64,000 nt of DNA from an uncultured Clostridia bacterium (GTDB taxonomy: Bacteria; Bacillota; Clostridia; TANB77; CAG-508). The translations under genes and the position numbers were made by a program. The notes below the pieces were generated by a model. It was given only the letters and a program-made list of their open reading frames with translations. It was not told the origin of the DNA and made no database searches. The stretch's first letter is position 1. The number at the start of each line of letters is the position of its first letter. Positions 28,363 to 43,523 of the stretch are shown piece after piece. The stretch is from contig CANQCV010000002.1 of NCBI GenBank assembly GCA_947591045.1, positions 35,075-99,074 of the forward strand. Direction: 5' to 3'.

Positions 28363-28363
28363 A

Positions 28364-28810
28364 CTACTCACTAATTACCTGTAATTTTAAAGTGGCTATA
28401 ACACCTTCATATAGCTTTATATTTACATTAAAACTACCTAATGTTTTTATTTGATCTTTTACTTCTATTTTCTTTTTGTCTATCTCTATTTTATATTGTT
28501 CTTTTAAGTTTTCAGCTATTTCTTTTGATGTAACTCCACCAAATATTTTTCCGTTTTCTCCAGCTTTTACTTTTATTTTTAGTAAAATGCCTTTTAATCT
28601 TTGGGCGGTATCCATAGCCTCTTGCTTTTCTACATCTTTTTTGTACGCATTTGCATCTTTTTTATTGTTTAATTTGCTTATGTTTTCTGCATTTGCTTCT
28701 ACTGCTAACTTTTTAGGTAATAAATAATTTCTGGCATAACCATCACTTGCTTGCAAGATATCGTCTTTTTTTCCTACACCTTTTATATTTTCTAATAAAA
28801 TTACCTTCAT
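28364..28810 (-). CDS. rplI: 50S ribosomal protein L9
   Basis: 148 aa; MKVILLENIKGVGKKDDILQASDGYARNYLLPKKLA. Confidence 0.95.
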   Translation of the reverse strand: MKVILLENIKGVGKKDDILQASDGYARNYLLPKKLAVEANAENISKLNNKKDANAYKKDVEKQEAMDTAQRLKGILLKIKVKAGENGKIFGGVTSKEIAENLKEQYKIEIDKKKIEVKDQIKTLGSFNVNIKLYEGVIATLKLQVISE

Positions 28811-28828
28811 GCTTATTTTCCGCCTTTC

Positions 28829-30826
28829 CTAATTTATTTCACTAAAATATTCATGAATTCTATTTATTAACTCTTCTTTTACTTCTAATGTTGTCATTCC
28901 TTCGACTTGCGCTCCTGCAAGTGTAATATGTCCTCCTCCTCCGAGTTTTTCTAAAATAAGCTGAACATTTATATCTCCAATAGAACGACCAGAAATATAT
29001 ACTTTATCTGCTAACTTTCCTATTACAAAAGATGCTGTAATATTATTTATTGTTAGTAATTCGTCTGCTGCTTTTGCACAAATAAGGTTTGTATCTTTAT
29101 CTTCTTCTTCATATATACTAATTGCAATTGTATCATAGATTGTATCTGCATTACTTACAATATTTGATATTTTATGATATGTTTTCAAATCACTTTGAAA
29201 CCATTTTTTTACTCTTATAATATCAACTCCGCATTTTCTTAAATATGCTGCTGCCTCAAAAGTTCTAACACCTGTTTTAAATGTAAATGCTTTTGTGTCC
29301 ATCATAATTCCCGCATATAGTGCCTCTGCCTCAAATTCCGTAAGATTTACGCTTTTATCTGCATATTCTATAATTTCTGTTACTAATTCGGCTGTTGATG
29401 ATGCATAAACTTCTTGGAATGTAAGTGTTGCATTTTCGATATAGTCTGTACTTCTTCTATGGTGGTCTATAACAACTATTTTAGACACATTTTCTAAAAT
29501 TTCTGGTACTTCAACATAGTTTTTCTTGTGTGTGTCTACTACAATAAGTAGTGTATTTTCATCTATTTTTGAAAGTGCCTCATTTTTTCCTATTATAGCA
29601 TTTTCATATGCTGGCTCTATTTTTAAGCTTTCCATAAAAGCATCTAAACTAGTTCCATAACTTTCATTTACAATGTATCCTTCTTTTTTTAATGTTTGTA
29701 CTAATTTATAGATACCTATTGCAGACCCCATACAGTCTATATCAGGGCTATTATGCCCTATGATAAGCACATTTGAAGATTCTGCTATTAATTCTGATAA
29801 TGCATGTGAAACTATCCTTGCTTTTACTTTTGTTCTTTTTTCTAGCTCTTGTGTCCTTCCACCGAAAAAATGATATTTTTCTTCTTCTTTGATAACAGCT
29901 TGGTCTCCACCTCTTCCTAGTACAATATCTAATGATTCTCCGGCAGATTTATATTTCTCATAATTTGTTTCTCCTTCATTTGACATTGCTATACTTAAAG
30001 TAAATGGTATTTTTTCTGATATATCTTCATCTTTTATAATATCTAATATATCAAATTTTTTATCTACAATTTGTTTTACCTTTTTCTTTTCAAAAATACC
30101 TACAAATGTATCTCTATCAGATTTTAAAATTAATCCATCATATTCTGATGCCCAATCATATATTTTCTTTTCAATTTTTGCAATTATTTGTGGCTTTTCA
30201 TCATCACTTATTCTTTGTATAATTTCGTCATAGTTATCTATCTTGATAAGCCCTATATAGGTATTTGTTTCGTCAATTTCTTTTTCCAAGCCTACTAATT
30301 TTGTTTCGTCAATAAAATATATAGTAATAACATATTCGTCTTTTAATGGCACATATTCACCATAAATTTTGTATGTTTTTTTATCTATCTCTATTTGACT
30401 TACTATTTTTTCTTTCTTTTCGTTATTGTTAATTTCTGCTTTTACATCTTTTAATATATCTTTTAAATAGTTATTTATATCTATGTTTGCAAATTCTTCG
30501 TTAAATCTTGTATTTCTAAAAATCAAGTTACCATTTGTTTCTGCAATTACCAATGGAAATGGAGAATTTACCAAAGAAATTTTAGCCACTTTATCTATGC
30601 TAAAAGTCAAATTCTTGATGTGTTCTGATAGCTCCTCTTGTCCTTTACTATTTGTCCAATAAGCATAAACTATAATTAGTATATATATACATATTGCTGG
30701 AATGATATAATGTGTATTATATACACAAATCATAATCATTAAAATTGCAATAATCAATAAATATATCTTTGTTTTTGAAACTATTTTTTCAAATACTTTT
30801 TTATTATGATTCATAAATTCCTTCAT
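28829..30826 (-). CDS. gdpP: cyclic-di-AMP phosphodiesterase GdpP (DHH/DHHA1 with N-terminal TMs and degenerate GGDEF)
   Basis: 665 aa; two TM segments, HNSPDIDCMGS, DTHK, IDHH, GGGGH; conserved gdpP-rplI-dnaB order. Confidence 0.85.
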   Translation of the reverse strand: MKEFMNHNKKVFEKIVSKTKIYLLIIAILMIMICVYNTHYIIPAICIYILIIVYAYWTNSKGQEELSEHIKNLTFSIDKVAKISLVNSPFPLVIAETNGNLIFRNTRFNEEFANIDINNYLKDILKDVKAEINNNEKKEKIVSQIEIDKKTYKIYGEYVPLKDEYVITIYFIDETKLVGLEKEIDETNTYIGLIKIDNYDEIIQRISDDEKPQIIAKIEKKIYDWASEYDGLILKSDRDTFVGIFEKKKVKQIVDKKFDILDIIKDEDISEKIPFTLSIAMSNEGETNYEKYKSAGESLDIVLGRGGDQAVIKEEEKYHFFGGRTQELEKRTKVKARIVSHALSELIAESSNVLIIGHNSPDIDCMGSAIGIYKLVQTLKKEGYIVNESYGTSLDAFMESLKIEPAYENAIIGKNEALSKIDENTLLIVVDTHKKNYVEVPEILENVSKIVVIDHHRRSTDYIENATLTFQEVYASSTAELVTEIIEYADKSVNLTEFEAEALYAGIMMDTKAFTFKTGVRTFEAAAYLRKCGVDIIRVKKWFQSDLKTYHKISNIVSNADTIYDTIAISIYEEEDKDTNLICAKAADELLTINNITASFVIGKLADKVYISGRSIGDINVQLILEKLGGGGHITLAGAQVEGMTTLEVKEELINRIHEYFSEIN

Positions 30827-30919
30827 TCTGGCAGTCTTACTGCCTATTTTTTATATACTTTAATACATAGTATATTGTACTATCTTTGTACACCATTGTC
30901 AAGTTTACATAACTGAAAA

Positions 30920-30952
30920 ATGGCAGAAAAGGAACTTCTTCCCCTCTGCCAT
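30920..30952. terminator. bidirectional hairpin terminator after rpoC (ATGGCAGAAAAGG-type stem)
   Basis: atggcagaaaaggaacttcttcccctctgccat, flanked by A-run and T-run. Confidence 0.6.
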
Positions 30953-30956
30953 TTTT

Positions 30957-33900
30957 TTATTGTGCTGTTTCTGGTATTTCTTCTTGTAAATCGCCACTTT
31001 CTTCTGATTGGTTTTCTGTGCTTATATGAATATTTTTATAAACATTTAAACCAGTTCCTGCTGGAATTAATTTACCAATGATAACATTTTCTTTTAGTCC
31101 AATTAATTCGTCTACTTTTCCTTTTACAGCTGCCTCTGTTAATACTCTTGTTGTCTCTTGGAATGATGCTGCTGATAAGAAACTTTCTGTTGCAAGTGAT
31201 GCTTTTGTTATACCAAGCAATACTCTTTTATAAGTAGCTGGCTTTTTACCTTCACTTATAACTTTTTCGTTTTCTCTTTCTACATCATAAATATCAACAA
31301 GTGAGCCTGCAAATAAAGATGTGTCACCATTATCTTCTACTCTTACTTTTTTAAGCATTTGTCTACCAATAACTTCAATATGTTTATCGTTAATATCAAC
31401 ACCTTGGTTTCTATAAACTTTTTGAACTTCTTGAATTAGATATTGATAAACTCCCTCTGCTCCATTTATAATAAGTATTTCATTTGGATTTATAGATCCC
31501 TCTGTAATTGGCTGACCTGCTTTTACTTCGTCTCCGTCTTTTATACGCAATTTTGAACCAAATGGTATTGTATATGTTTTAGAATCGTCTTTTGATGTTA
31601 CTGTAACTTGTTTATTTGACTTTTCTTCTAATATTTTTACTTTACCATCAATTTCAGATATGATTGCTAATCCCTTTGGTTTTCTTGCCTCAAATAGCTC
31701 TTCAACCCTTGGAAGACCTTGTGTAATATCTGCTACACCTGCAACACCACCAGAGTGAATTGTTCTCATTGTAAGCTGTGTTCCTGGCTCACCAATTGAT
31801 TGTGCTGCAATAATACCAACAGATTCTCCGATGTTTACTTCTTCACGAGTAGCTAAGCCCATTCCATAACATTTAGCACAAACACCATGTTTTGTTCTAC
31901 AACCTAATACTGAACGCACTTTTAGTCTTTCAATTCCTGCATCTATAATTTGTTCTGCTATATTTTCTGTGATTAATGTATTTGTGTCTGCAAGAACTTT
32001 CTTTGTTTTTGGATCAATAACATCTTCTAATGGATATCTACCAATTAATCTTTCTATCATTTTTTCTACAACTTGGTTTCCATCTTTAATGTCTGCAACT
32101 TCTATTCCCTCATGTGATCCACAATCATGTTCTCTTACAATAATATCTTGAGAAACATCAACTAATCTTCTTGTTAGGTATCCAGAGTCTGCTGTTCTTA
32201 AAGCTGTATCTGCTAATCCTTTTCTTGCACCATGGGCAGAAATAAAGTACTCTAGTGCGTCTAGTCCTTCCCTAAATGATGAAGTAATTGGAATCTCAAC
32301 TGTTTTTCCTGTTGTACTTGCCATAAGTCCACGCATACCTGCAATTTGTCTTAATTGGTTAACATTTCCGTCTTGCTCCTGATTCTGACATCATGTATAC
32401 TGGGTTTAATCTGTCAAAATTATCTTTCATTGCATCAGTTACTTTATCTGTTGCATCTTCCCATATTTTAATAACTGAATTATATCTTTCTGTATCTGTA
32501 ATTAAACCACGCTTATATTGTTTTTGTACTTGGTCTACTTCTTTTTCTGCATCCTCTAATATTTGCTTTTTAGCAGGTGGTACTTTAACATCACTTGTAG
32601 AAACTGTCATACCAGCTATTGTAGAGTACTTATATCCTGTTTGTTTAATATAGTCTAGTAATTCTGCTGTTTTGCTTAAACCATGTACATTAATGCATTT
32701 TGCAATAATTTTTCCTAAATTCTTTTTAGCTACTGTAAAGTTTAGTTCTGGATCAAACATTGTCTCAGGGTTTGTTCTATCTACAAAGCCTAAATCTTGT
32801 GGTATTCCCTCGTTGTATATTAATCTTCCTACTGTTGTTTCTACTTTTTTATATTTTATTTCTCCATCTATTTCTTTACTCATTTTAACAAATATTTTTG
32901 CATGCATTCCTAATTCTTTGTTTACATATGCTATAACTGCTTCTTCTGGTGATGAGAAGTAATTTCCTTCTCCTTTTTCTCCGTCTACATCCATTGTTAA
33001 ATAGTATGCACCTAAAATCATGTCTTGCGTTGGTACTGTTACTGGTTTACCATCTTGTGGTTTAAGTAGGTTATTTACTGATAACATTAAATATCTTGCT
33101 TCTGATTGTGCCTCTGGTGAAAGTGGAACATGTATTGCCATTTGGTCACCATCGAAGTCAGCGTTAAATGCTGTACATACTAATGGATGTAGTTTTATTG
33201 CTCTTCCTTCTACTAAAACTGGCTCAAATGCTTGAATACCAAGTCTATGTAGTGTTGGAGCACGGTTTAACATTACTGGGTGGTCTTTTATAACATCCTC
33301 TAGTATATCCCATACTTCTGGGCGTAGTCTTTCTACCATTCTTTTTGCATTTTTAATGTTATGTGCAATACCACGACCAACTAATTCTTTCATAACAAAT
33401 GGTTTAAATAATTCTACTGCCATTTCTTTTGGAAGTCCGCATTGATATATTTTTAGCTCTGGTCCTACTACTATAACAGAACGACCTGAATAGTCAACAC
33501 GCTTTCCAAGTAGGTTTTGACGGAATCTACCTTGTTTTCCTTTTAATAAGTCAGATAATGATTTTAATGGTCTGTTTCCTGCTCCTGTTACAGGTCTTCC
33601 ACGCCTTCCATTATCTATAAGGGCATCTACTGATTCTTGTAACATTCTTTTTTCATTTCTTACAATAATCTCTGGTGCGCCTAATTCTAATAATCTTTTT
33701 AATCTATTATTTCTGTTTATAACTCTTCTATATAAATCATTTAAATCTGATGTTGCAAACCTACCACCATCTAATTGTACCATTGGCCTTAATTCTGGTG
33801 GAATAACTGGTACAACATTCATAATCATCCATTCTGGTCTATTTCCAGATAATTTAAATGATTCTACTGTGTCTAATCTTTTTACAAGTTTTGCTTTCTT

Positions 33901-34506
33901 TTGCTCACTTGCTTTTTCTAGTTCTTTTCTTAAACTGTTTGATAATTTGTCTAGGTCAATTTCTTCTAGTAGTGTTCTAATTGCCTCTGCTCCCATTTTT
34001 GCTACGAAAGAACCTCTACCATATTTTTCTTCTGCCTCATGATATTCTTTTTCTGATAAAACTTGTGTTTTTGCTAAATCTGTGTTTCCTTTATCTAAAA
34101 CAATATATGATGCAAAATAAATTACTTTTTCTAGACTTCTTGGTGAAATGTCTAACATTAAAGCAATTCTACTAGGTATTCCTTTAAAATACCAAATGTG
34201 TGCTACTGGTGCTGCAAGCTCAATGTGTCCCATTCTTTCACGCCTTACTTTTGATTTTGTAACCTCTACACCGCAACGATCACAAACGATTCCTTTATAT
34301 CTTACTCTTTTATATTTTCCACAATGACATTCCCAATCTTTTGTAGGTCCAAATATTCTTTCACAAAAAAGACCGTCTCTTTCTGGCTTTAATGTTCTGT
34401 AATTAATAGTTTCAGGTTTTTTTACTTCACCTTTTGACCATTCTCTTATTTTTTCATCTGATGCTAATCCTATTTTGATTTTATCAAAAATTTCTAATTC
34501 GTCCAC
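30957..34506 (-). CDS. rpoC: DNA-directed RNA polymerase subunit beta', interrupted by one extra C (in-frame CGG 32370..32368)
   Basis: Track ORFs 32359..34506 and 30957..32336; junction ..MMSESGAR then (C)GGA AAT.. gives [17 protein letters not shown]; NADFDGD catalytic motif present; GTG start. Confidence 0.9.
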
Positions 34507-34547
34507 TTTGGATTTTAGCCCCCTCTGATTTTATATTTTTTGTTTCT

Positions 34548-34608
34548 CAAAGATTTTTAAGACTATCCTCCGCTCTAGCAATTCCTTATGGTCGCTTAAA
34601 AATCTTTT
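34548..34608 (-). other. 13-bp-stem hairpin with 33-nt loop in the 124-bp rpoB-rpoC spacer
   Basis: caaagatttttaag ... cttaaaaatcttt. Confidence 0.5.
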
Positions 34609-34630
34609 TTGAAACTATGAAATTAATTTT

Positions 34631-38388
<3,758 letters not shown>

Positions 38389-38935
38389 CCCTAAAAAAGA
38401 TTAAGCAGAACAAATACAAACTTACAAAATTATTAAAATTCTGAAACTGTTTGCATATATATGATTTATAAAAAAGTCCCTCTTATACATTATTTTAGCT
38501 TACTAAAATATAACTTCCTGCTTTCTAAAGTTCTATTTTCCGTAGCCTTGACAATGCAAATTCCTCTTTTTTATAAAGTTACATAACAAAAGAATATAAA
38601 TTTGTTTTTTGAAGAATAAAATAATAAAAAGGCAACAAAAAAGTCAGGCTGATAATTTTTATCAACTTAACTTTTGTAATATTTTTTTAAAAAATGTTAA
38701 TAAAGCTTGCCACTCTTATTATTAACCATCCTCTATTATTTTTTATTCGACCGATTTTTCAAAAGCAGAAAAATCCCCTATAATAGTTTAGTATACAACA
38801 TAATACCAATGCTTGTCAACTATTTTTCGAAAAGTTATATATATTTTTGTTTTATTATTTATATTGAAATATTTTATACGGTATAGTAAAATATTGAATA
38901 TTAATAAAGTAGATTTAACGAAAGGAATTAATTAT

Positions 38936-39424
38936 ATGTCAGTTATATATAAATATCTTATTACTTTTTTTGTTGGTATGGTTCCAATTATTGAATTAAG
39001 AGGTGCTATTCCCATTGGAGTTGGCTTAGGTCTATCATATTTTGAATCATTTATTTGTAGTTTTCTTGGAAACATTTTACCTATTTACTTTATTGTAAAA
39101 TTTATCAGGCCATTATTTGATTTTTTTGGAAGATGGAAACCTTTAAAAAAGATAATCGATTGGGCTTCTAATAAAGCTACAAAAAATATTGAAAATAACC
39201 CTCGCTTACAAAACTTTACTGCACTCGGTTTATTTTTATTTGTAGCAATACCTTTACCTGGAACTGGTGCTTGGGTAGGCTCACTTATTGCTAACTTTTT
39301 AAATCTACCACCAAAAAAAGCTATTCCGCCAATTATAGCAGGTGTTATCACAGCAGGAATTATTGTTTTAACAATTACAGCAATTTCTTTTGGAGGAATT
39401 GAATATATTTTTTCACATACATAA
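38936..39424 (+). CDS. small multidrug-export (COG2426/Sm_multidrug_ex) family membrane protein
   Basis: Start MSVIYKY (38936); PIIELRGAIPIG and PLPGTGAWVGSL motifs. Confidence 0.65.
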   Translation: MSVIYKYLITFFVGMVPIIELRGAIPIGVGLGLSYFESFICSFLGNILPIYFIVKFIRPLFDFFGRWKPLKKIIDWASNKATKNIENNPRLQNFTALGLFLFVAIPLPGTGAWVGSLIANFLNLPPKKAIPPIIAGVITAGIIVLTITAISFGGIEYIFSHT

Positions 39425-39456
39425 AAAAAGTTTAGGCTAAAGCCTAAACTTTTTTA
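39424..39456. terminator. bidirectional rho-independent terminator
   Basis: aaaaaagtttaggc taaa gcctaaactttttt. Confidence 0.75.
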
Positions 39457-39474
39457 TTGTAGAACCATTTACTT

Positions 39475-42400
39475 TTAGATTACAAATTTCTTAATTAATG
39501 CAATTCCTAATGTTAATATAGCAAGCATTATTCCTGTTATACCAATGTAGTTTTCTCCTATACCTGTTTTTACTGATAAGATTACTTCTGCATTATCTAT
39601 GTCGTCTTCATCTTTTTGGTTATTGTCTGGTGTTGAATCTTTATCTGGTACATCTTTATCGTTTCTGTCTTTACTAATTTCTGCCCAGTTGTCTTTTAAT
39701 CCTAAATTGTTGCTGCCATTCTTCCATTGGAATACTACTTCTACTATTGCACTTTCTCCTGGTTTTAATAGTGTATCTTTTAGCTGGTCTGTTGTTATTG
39801 TTTTTCCGTCTTCTGATAGTTCCCATTTTGGATTATCTTTTGCTACAAACTTCAAACCTTCTGGGATATAGTCTCTTATTTCGTCTGCATATCCTTCTAT
39901 TTCTCCCTCATTTACTACTTTGATTTGATATGTGAATTTTATTATTGATGATTTTATTTGTGAATTTGTTAATTCTACTTTTACTACTGGTTCTGGTTTT
40001 ACACCAAATTTATGTCCTGTTTTTGTTACTGTTTTCTTTCCGTTTCTTTCTATGCTGTATTGTGTAACTATTTTTTCTAATGATAAGTCAAAGTAGCTTA
40101 CTTTTACATGCTCTTTATCAATATCATCTTCGTCATCATCATTATTGTCTGGATCTGAGTCTACATCTTCTATTGGGTTTCCGTCTTTATCTCTATCATC
40201 AGTTATTTCTGCTATATTTGTTAATATTCTATCTGATGTATTTGGTTCTGTTACTTTAAATGCTATTTTTAAGTCTCTATGATCTGGTTGTGTCATTGTC
40301 TCTTTATCAAATGCTTTTAATAGATTGTCTCTATTTGAATTCTTTTCTTGCTCTTTTGCTAAGTAATCTGTTCTAATTTCTTTTGCTTCTGAAACTAAAG
40401 TTGTCTCTTTTCCATCTGCATCGTACATTTTCCATCTATATTCTAAGTTTGTTGAATTTAGTGGTAAATATTCTAAGCCATCTGGTAAATCATCTTTTAC
40501 TTCTTCTGCATATCCTGGTGTATTTCCTTCATTGTATACTCTTATTGTATAAATAACAATATCTCCATTTACAACTAATACTGGTGTCTTTGGATGATCA
40601 TAACTCATGTTTCCATGGCTATCCATTGAGAAAACTGGAATTCTATCTGTTATTTCTTCATCATTTACACCTGTTATAAATTTTCTTAATGATAAGTCAA
40701 ATCTTTGTACAATTACTTTTTCAAAGTCGTCGTCGTCTTCTTGTCCTTCTATATATTTGTCCCCTCTTTTAATTTCGTCATCTTTATATTCTGGTAAGTC
40801 TTCGTCTGATGGTAATTTTACTAAACTATCATTATCAAAATCTGGAATATTTTCTCCCTTGCTATCTGATTTTTTAGTAATTTCAGCAATGTTTGTTATT
40901 TTTTCTGCAATACCTGTATCTTTTACCTTACATTGAATTTGTACATCAATATAGTCTAATGTTGTTCCACCATCAAAATGTTTTAATAATACTTTGTCTT
41001 TTTCGGTTGTTCTATCTGCATATATAATATCTCTGTTTGCTGAATTTTTAGTTTTTGGTGATGTAATATCTGTTGTTACTGTTCTTCCGTCTCCAGATAC
41101 GCTCCAACCATATGATGCATTAAATTCATTATTAACATATTCTAGCCATTCTGGTAAATGGTCTGTAATTTCATCTGCATAACCATCTATTTGACCTTCA
41201 TTATATACTCTTAATGTATATGTTACGATACTTCCTACGCTTACGCTAACAGGAGCTTTTGAATGTTCATATATAGCTGTATCTTTTCCCTGTTTTAATG
41301 GTGATACATCTACAACTGGCTCTCTTGTATATTTTCCGTCTTTCTTTAATTCCTTATCGTCTACTTTTACAATAAATTTTCTTAATGCTAAGTCAAACAT
41401 TTTTCCTTGAAGAACTAAATCTTCAAAATCATCATCATCTTGTTTGCTTGTATCTCCATAGTTGTCTTTTTCTTGATCTGTTAAGTTGTCTGGTGTTGAG
41501 TCTCTATCTGGATTTTTATTTGTTATTGTTCCATCTTGACTACTATGTCCTGTAATCTCTGCAATATTTTTTAAAGATACTTTTCCTACTTCAGGTGCAG
41601 TAGCTTTTACTTCACATTCAATTTGTACATCAATATAGTCTAATTTTTCTGATCCTTTATTAAATGCTTTTAGTAATTTTCTTCCTGCAGCATCTTGTGG
41701 CTCTTCTCCACTATGTCTATCTTCATAATCTTCTACTTCTTGACTTTCTGTTGCTGTATAATTTTTTGATGTGATTTTTGTACTTACTCTTGTTCTCTTT
41801 CCATTTGCCTCTGTTTCTTCTGATACTTCCCAGCCATATTTTTTATTTATTTCACTATCTTTTACAAATTCCAATCCATCTGGTAAATAGTCTGTAATTT
41901 CATCTACATATCCATCAACATCACCTTCATTATATACACGAATAACATATATAACTTTATCTCCTTCATTTACTTGTACTGGTGTTTTTGGATGTGTATA
42001 AATTGCTGTATCCTGTCCTTGCTTTAATGGTGATACATCTACAACTGGTTCTCTTGTATATTTATCATTTTCTTTTAATTCTTTTTCCTCTACTTTTATG
42101 ATAAATTTTCTTAATGCTAAGTCAAATTCTCCATTTGGAACATATGTATCTGAATCAGTATATGTTTTTTCTTCTCTTTCTACTTCTACAACTGGTTGGT
42201 CTTTTGCATTTTCTGTTGACCAATATTTAACTTTAGTTTCAAAATATGAACCTGAAATTGTTAAAGTAACTTCTCCTAATTCTGTTACACTTGATTTTGG
42301 AATACCAATATAGAAATCCTGACCTATTGGTGCTTTGTTAGGTTCAGATGTCTCTCCTGTTCCTTCTGCATCTGTATAATACTTAACATCTTCAACTTCT

Positions 42401-43371
42401 GTTCCACCATTTGTTACTTTTACTGTAAGGTCTCCTATAAGTTCCTCGTCAATACCAGTATTTTTTTCTATTTTAAATGGACCAATAATATATTCATTAT
42501 TATCTGATAACTTATGTGTTTTTGTTACTTTGCTTAAAGTATATGGCTTAACTGTTTGCTCTGTTGGCTCTGTATATGTAGCTCCTTCTGTCTTTGCTGT
42601 ATTTACTAAATAGTTATATAACTGTTTACATTGATCTGCTCTGTCTTCGTATTCTTCGCTTAATGATTTCCAATCGTTATTAGCTTCTTGACCTTCAAGA
42701 GTTGATATCTGTATATCAAAAGTTGCTTCATCTTCAGCTTCACCATTAGTACTTACATCATAATCTTCTTGTTCTTTATTAGTAAAATGCCAAATTGCTA
42801 ATTGTTGCACAACATCAATATCTTCATCTGTTAATTCACTTTCTTCTATGTTAGCATTTTCTAATAATGTATTTTTATATTTTTCTGCAGCATTTTGTAT
42901 ATCTGTATTTTGTGTTGGAGCAACATATAGGTGGTCTAATAACCACAATAATGCCTTTTTATCATCTTCGCTCATTTGTGAGCTTTCCTGTGGACTTGAT
43001 GCTTGTAATAAGCCACTTTCAGTTTGATTTGCGTACTCAATTAACTTATCTAATGACTCTTCTTCTTTATATGTTTCAACAGTATTAATTCCACTTCCAA
43101 AGGTTGACGAACCAAACCCTACACCTGCTCTTACACAATATAAAGTATGGTCATAGTTTACAGTATTACCGGTTTCGTCTGTTACCTCACAAATTTTATA
43201 TACTATTTTGTCACTTACTTTGTATGAGTGTCCTCCTTGTTTATGTAATGATTTAATAGTCATTTTCATTTCTTCTTGCGATGTTGCTGCATAAGTTTGA
43301 TAAAAACTACTTGTATACATTACTGCTACAATTATCATTATTAATGTTAGCATTAATTTTTTTAGTTTCAT
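39475..43371 (-). CDS. large surface adhesin: signal peptide, N-terminal thioester (TQxA-type)-like domain, four DUF11/TIGR01451-type repeats, LPXTG-like (SVKTG) sorting signal
   Basis: Start MKLKKL (43371) behind GGAGGA; LYCVRAG and QQLAIWHF resemble thioester Cys/Gln motifs; four ~230-aa repeats (FDL(A/S)LRKFI..VYNEG..GYA(D/E)EI.D.LP.GLE(F/Y)); C-terminus SVKTG, hydrophobic stretch, then KK. Confidence 0.7.
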   Translation of the reverse strand: MKLKKLMLTLIMIIVAVMYTSSFYQTYAATSQEEMKMTIKSLHKQGGHSYKVSDKIVYKICEVTDETGNTVNYDHTLYCVRAGVGFGSSTFGSGINTVETYKEEESLDKLIEYANQTESGLLQASSPQESSQMSEDDKKALLWLLDHLYVAPTQNTDIQNAAEKYKNTLLENANIEESELTDEDIDVVQQLAIWHFTNKEQEDYDVSTNGEAEDEATFDIQISTLEGQEANNDWKSLSEEYEDRADQCKQLYNYLVNTAKTEGATYTEPTEQTVKPYTLSKVTKTHKLSDNNEYIIGPFKIEKNTGIDEELIGDLTVKVTNGGTEVEDVKYYTDAEGTGETSEPNKAPIGQDFYIGIPKSSVTELGEVTLTISGSYFETKVKYWSTENAKDQPVVEVEREEKTYTDSDTYVPNGEFDLALRKFIIKVEEKELKENDKYTREPVVDVSPLKQGQDTAIYTHPKTPVQVNEGDKVIYVIRVYNEGDVDGYVDEITDYLPDGLEFVKDSEINKKYGWEVSEETEANGKRTRVSTKITSKNYTATESQEVEDYEDRHSGEEPQDAAGRKLLKAFNKGSEKLDYIDVQIECEVKATAPEVGKVSLKNIAEITGHSSQDGTITNKNPDRDSTPDNLTDQEKDNYGDTSKQDDDDFEDLVLQGKMFDLALRKFIVKVDDKELKKDGKYTREPVVDVSPLKQGKDTAIYEHSKAPVSVSVGSIVTYTLRVYNEGQIDGYADEITDHLPEWLEYVNNEFNASYGWSVSGDGRTVTTDITSPKTKNSANRDIIYADRTTEKDKVLLKHFDGGTTLDYIDVQIQCKVKDTGIAEKITNIAEITKKSDSKGENIPDFDNDSLVKLPSDEDLPEYKDDEIKRGDKYIEGQEDDDDFEKVIVQRFDLSLRKFITGVNDEEITDRIPVFSMDSHGNMSYDHPKTPVLVVNGDIVIYTIRVYNEGNTPGYAEEVKDDLPDGLEYLPLNSTNLEYRWKMYDADGKETTLVSEAKEIRTDYLAKEQEKNSNRDNLLKAFDKETMTQPDHRDLKIAFKVTEPNTSDRILTNIAEITDDRDKDGNPIEDVDSDPDNNDDDEDDIDKEHVKVSYFDLSLEKIVTQYSIERNGKKTVTKTGHKFGVKPEPVVKVELTNSQIKSSIIKFTYQIKVVNEGEIEGYADEIRDYIPEGLKFVAKDNPKWELSEDGKTITTDQLKDTLLKPGESAIVEVVFQWKNGSNNLGLKDNWAEISKDRNDKDVPDKDSTPDNNQKDEDDIDNAEVILSVKTGIGENYIGITGIMLAILTLGIALIKKFVI

Positions 43372-43523
43372 ATTATCCTCCATCCTTTTTTACCTATTCT
43401 TATATTATATATTTTACTTTCATTTGTTTTGATAGTCAATAACACATTTTGGCAGTTTTGCCAAATGTTTTCAATGTGTTTTTTGTGTTACTACGGAAAT
43501 TTGTTTTCCATTTTTCGCGTAAA

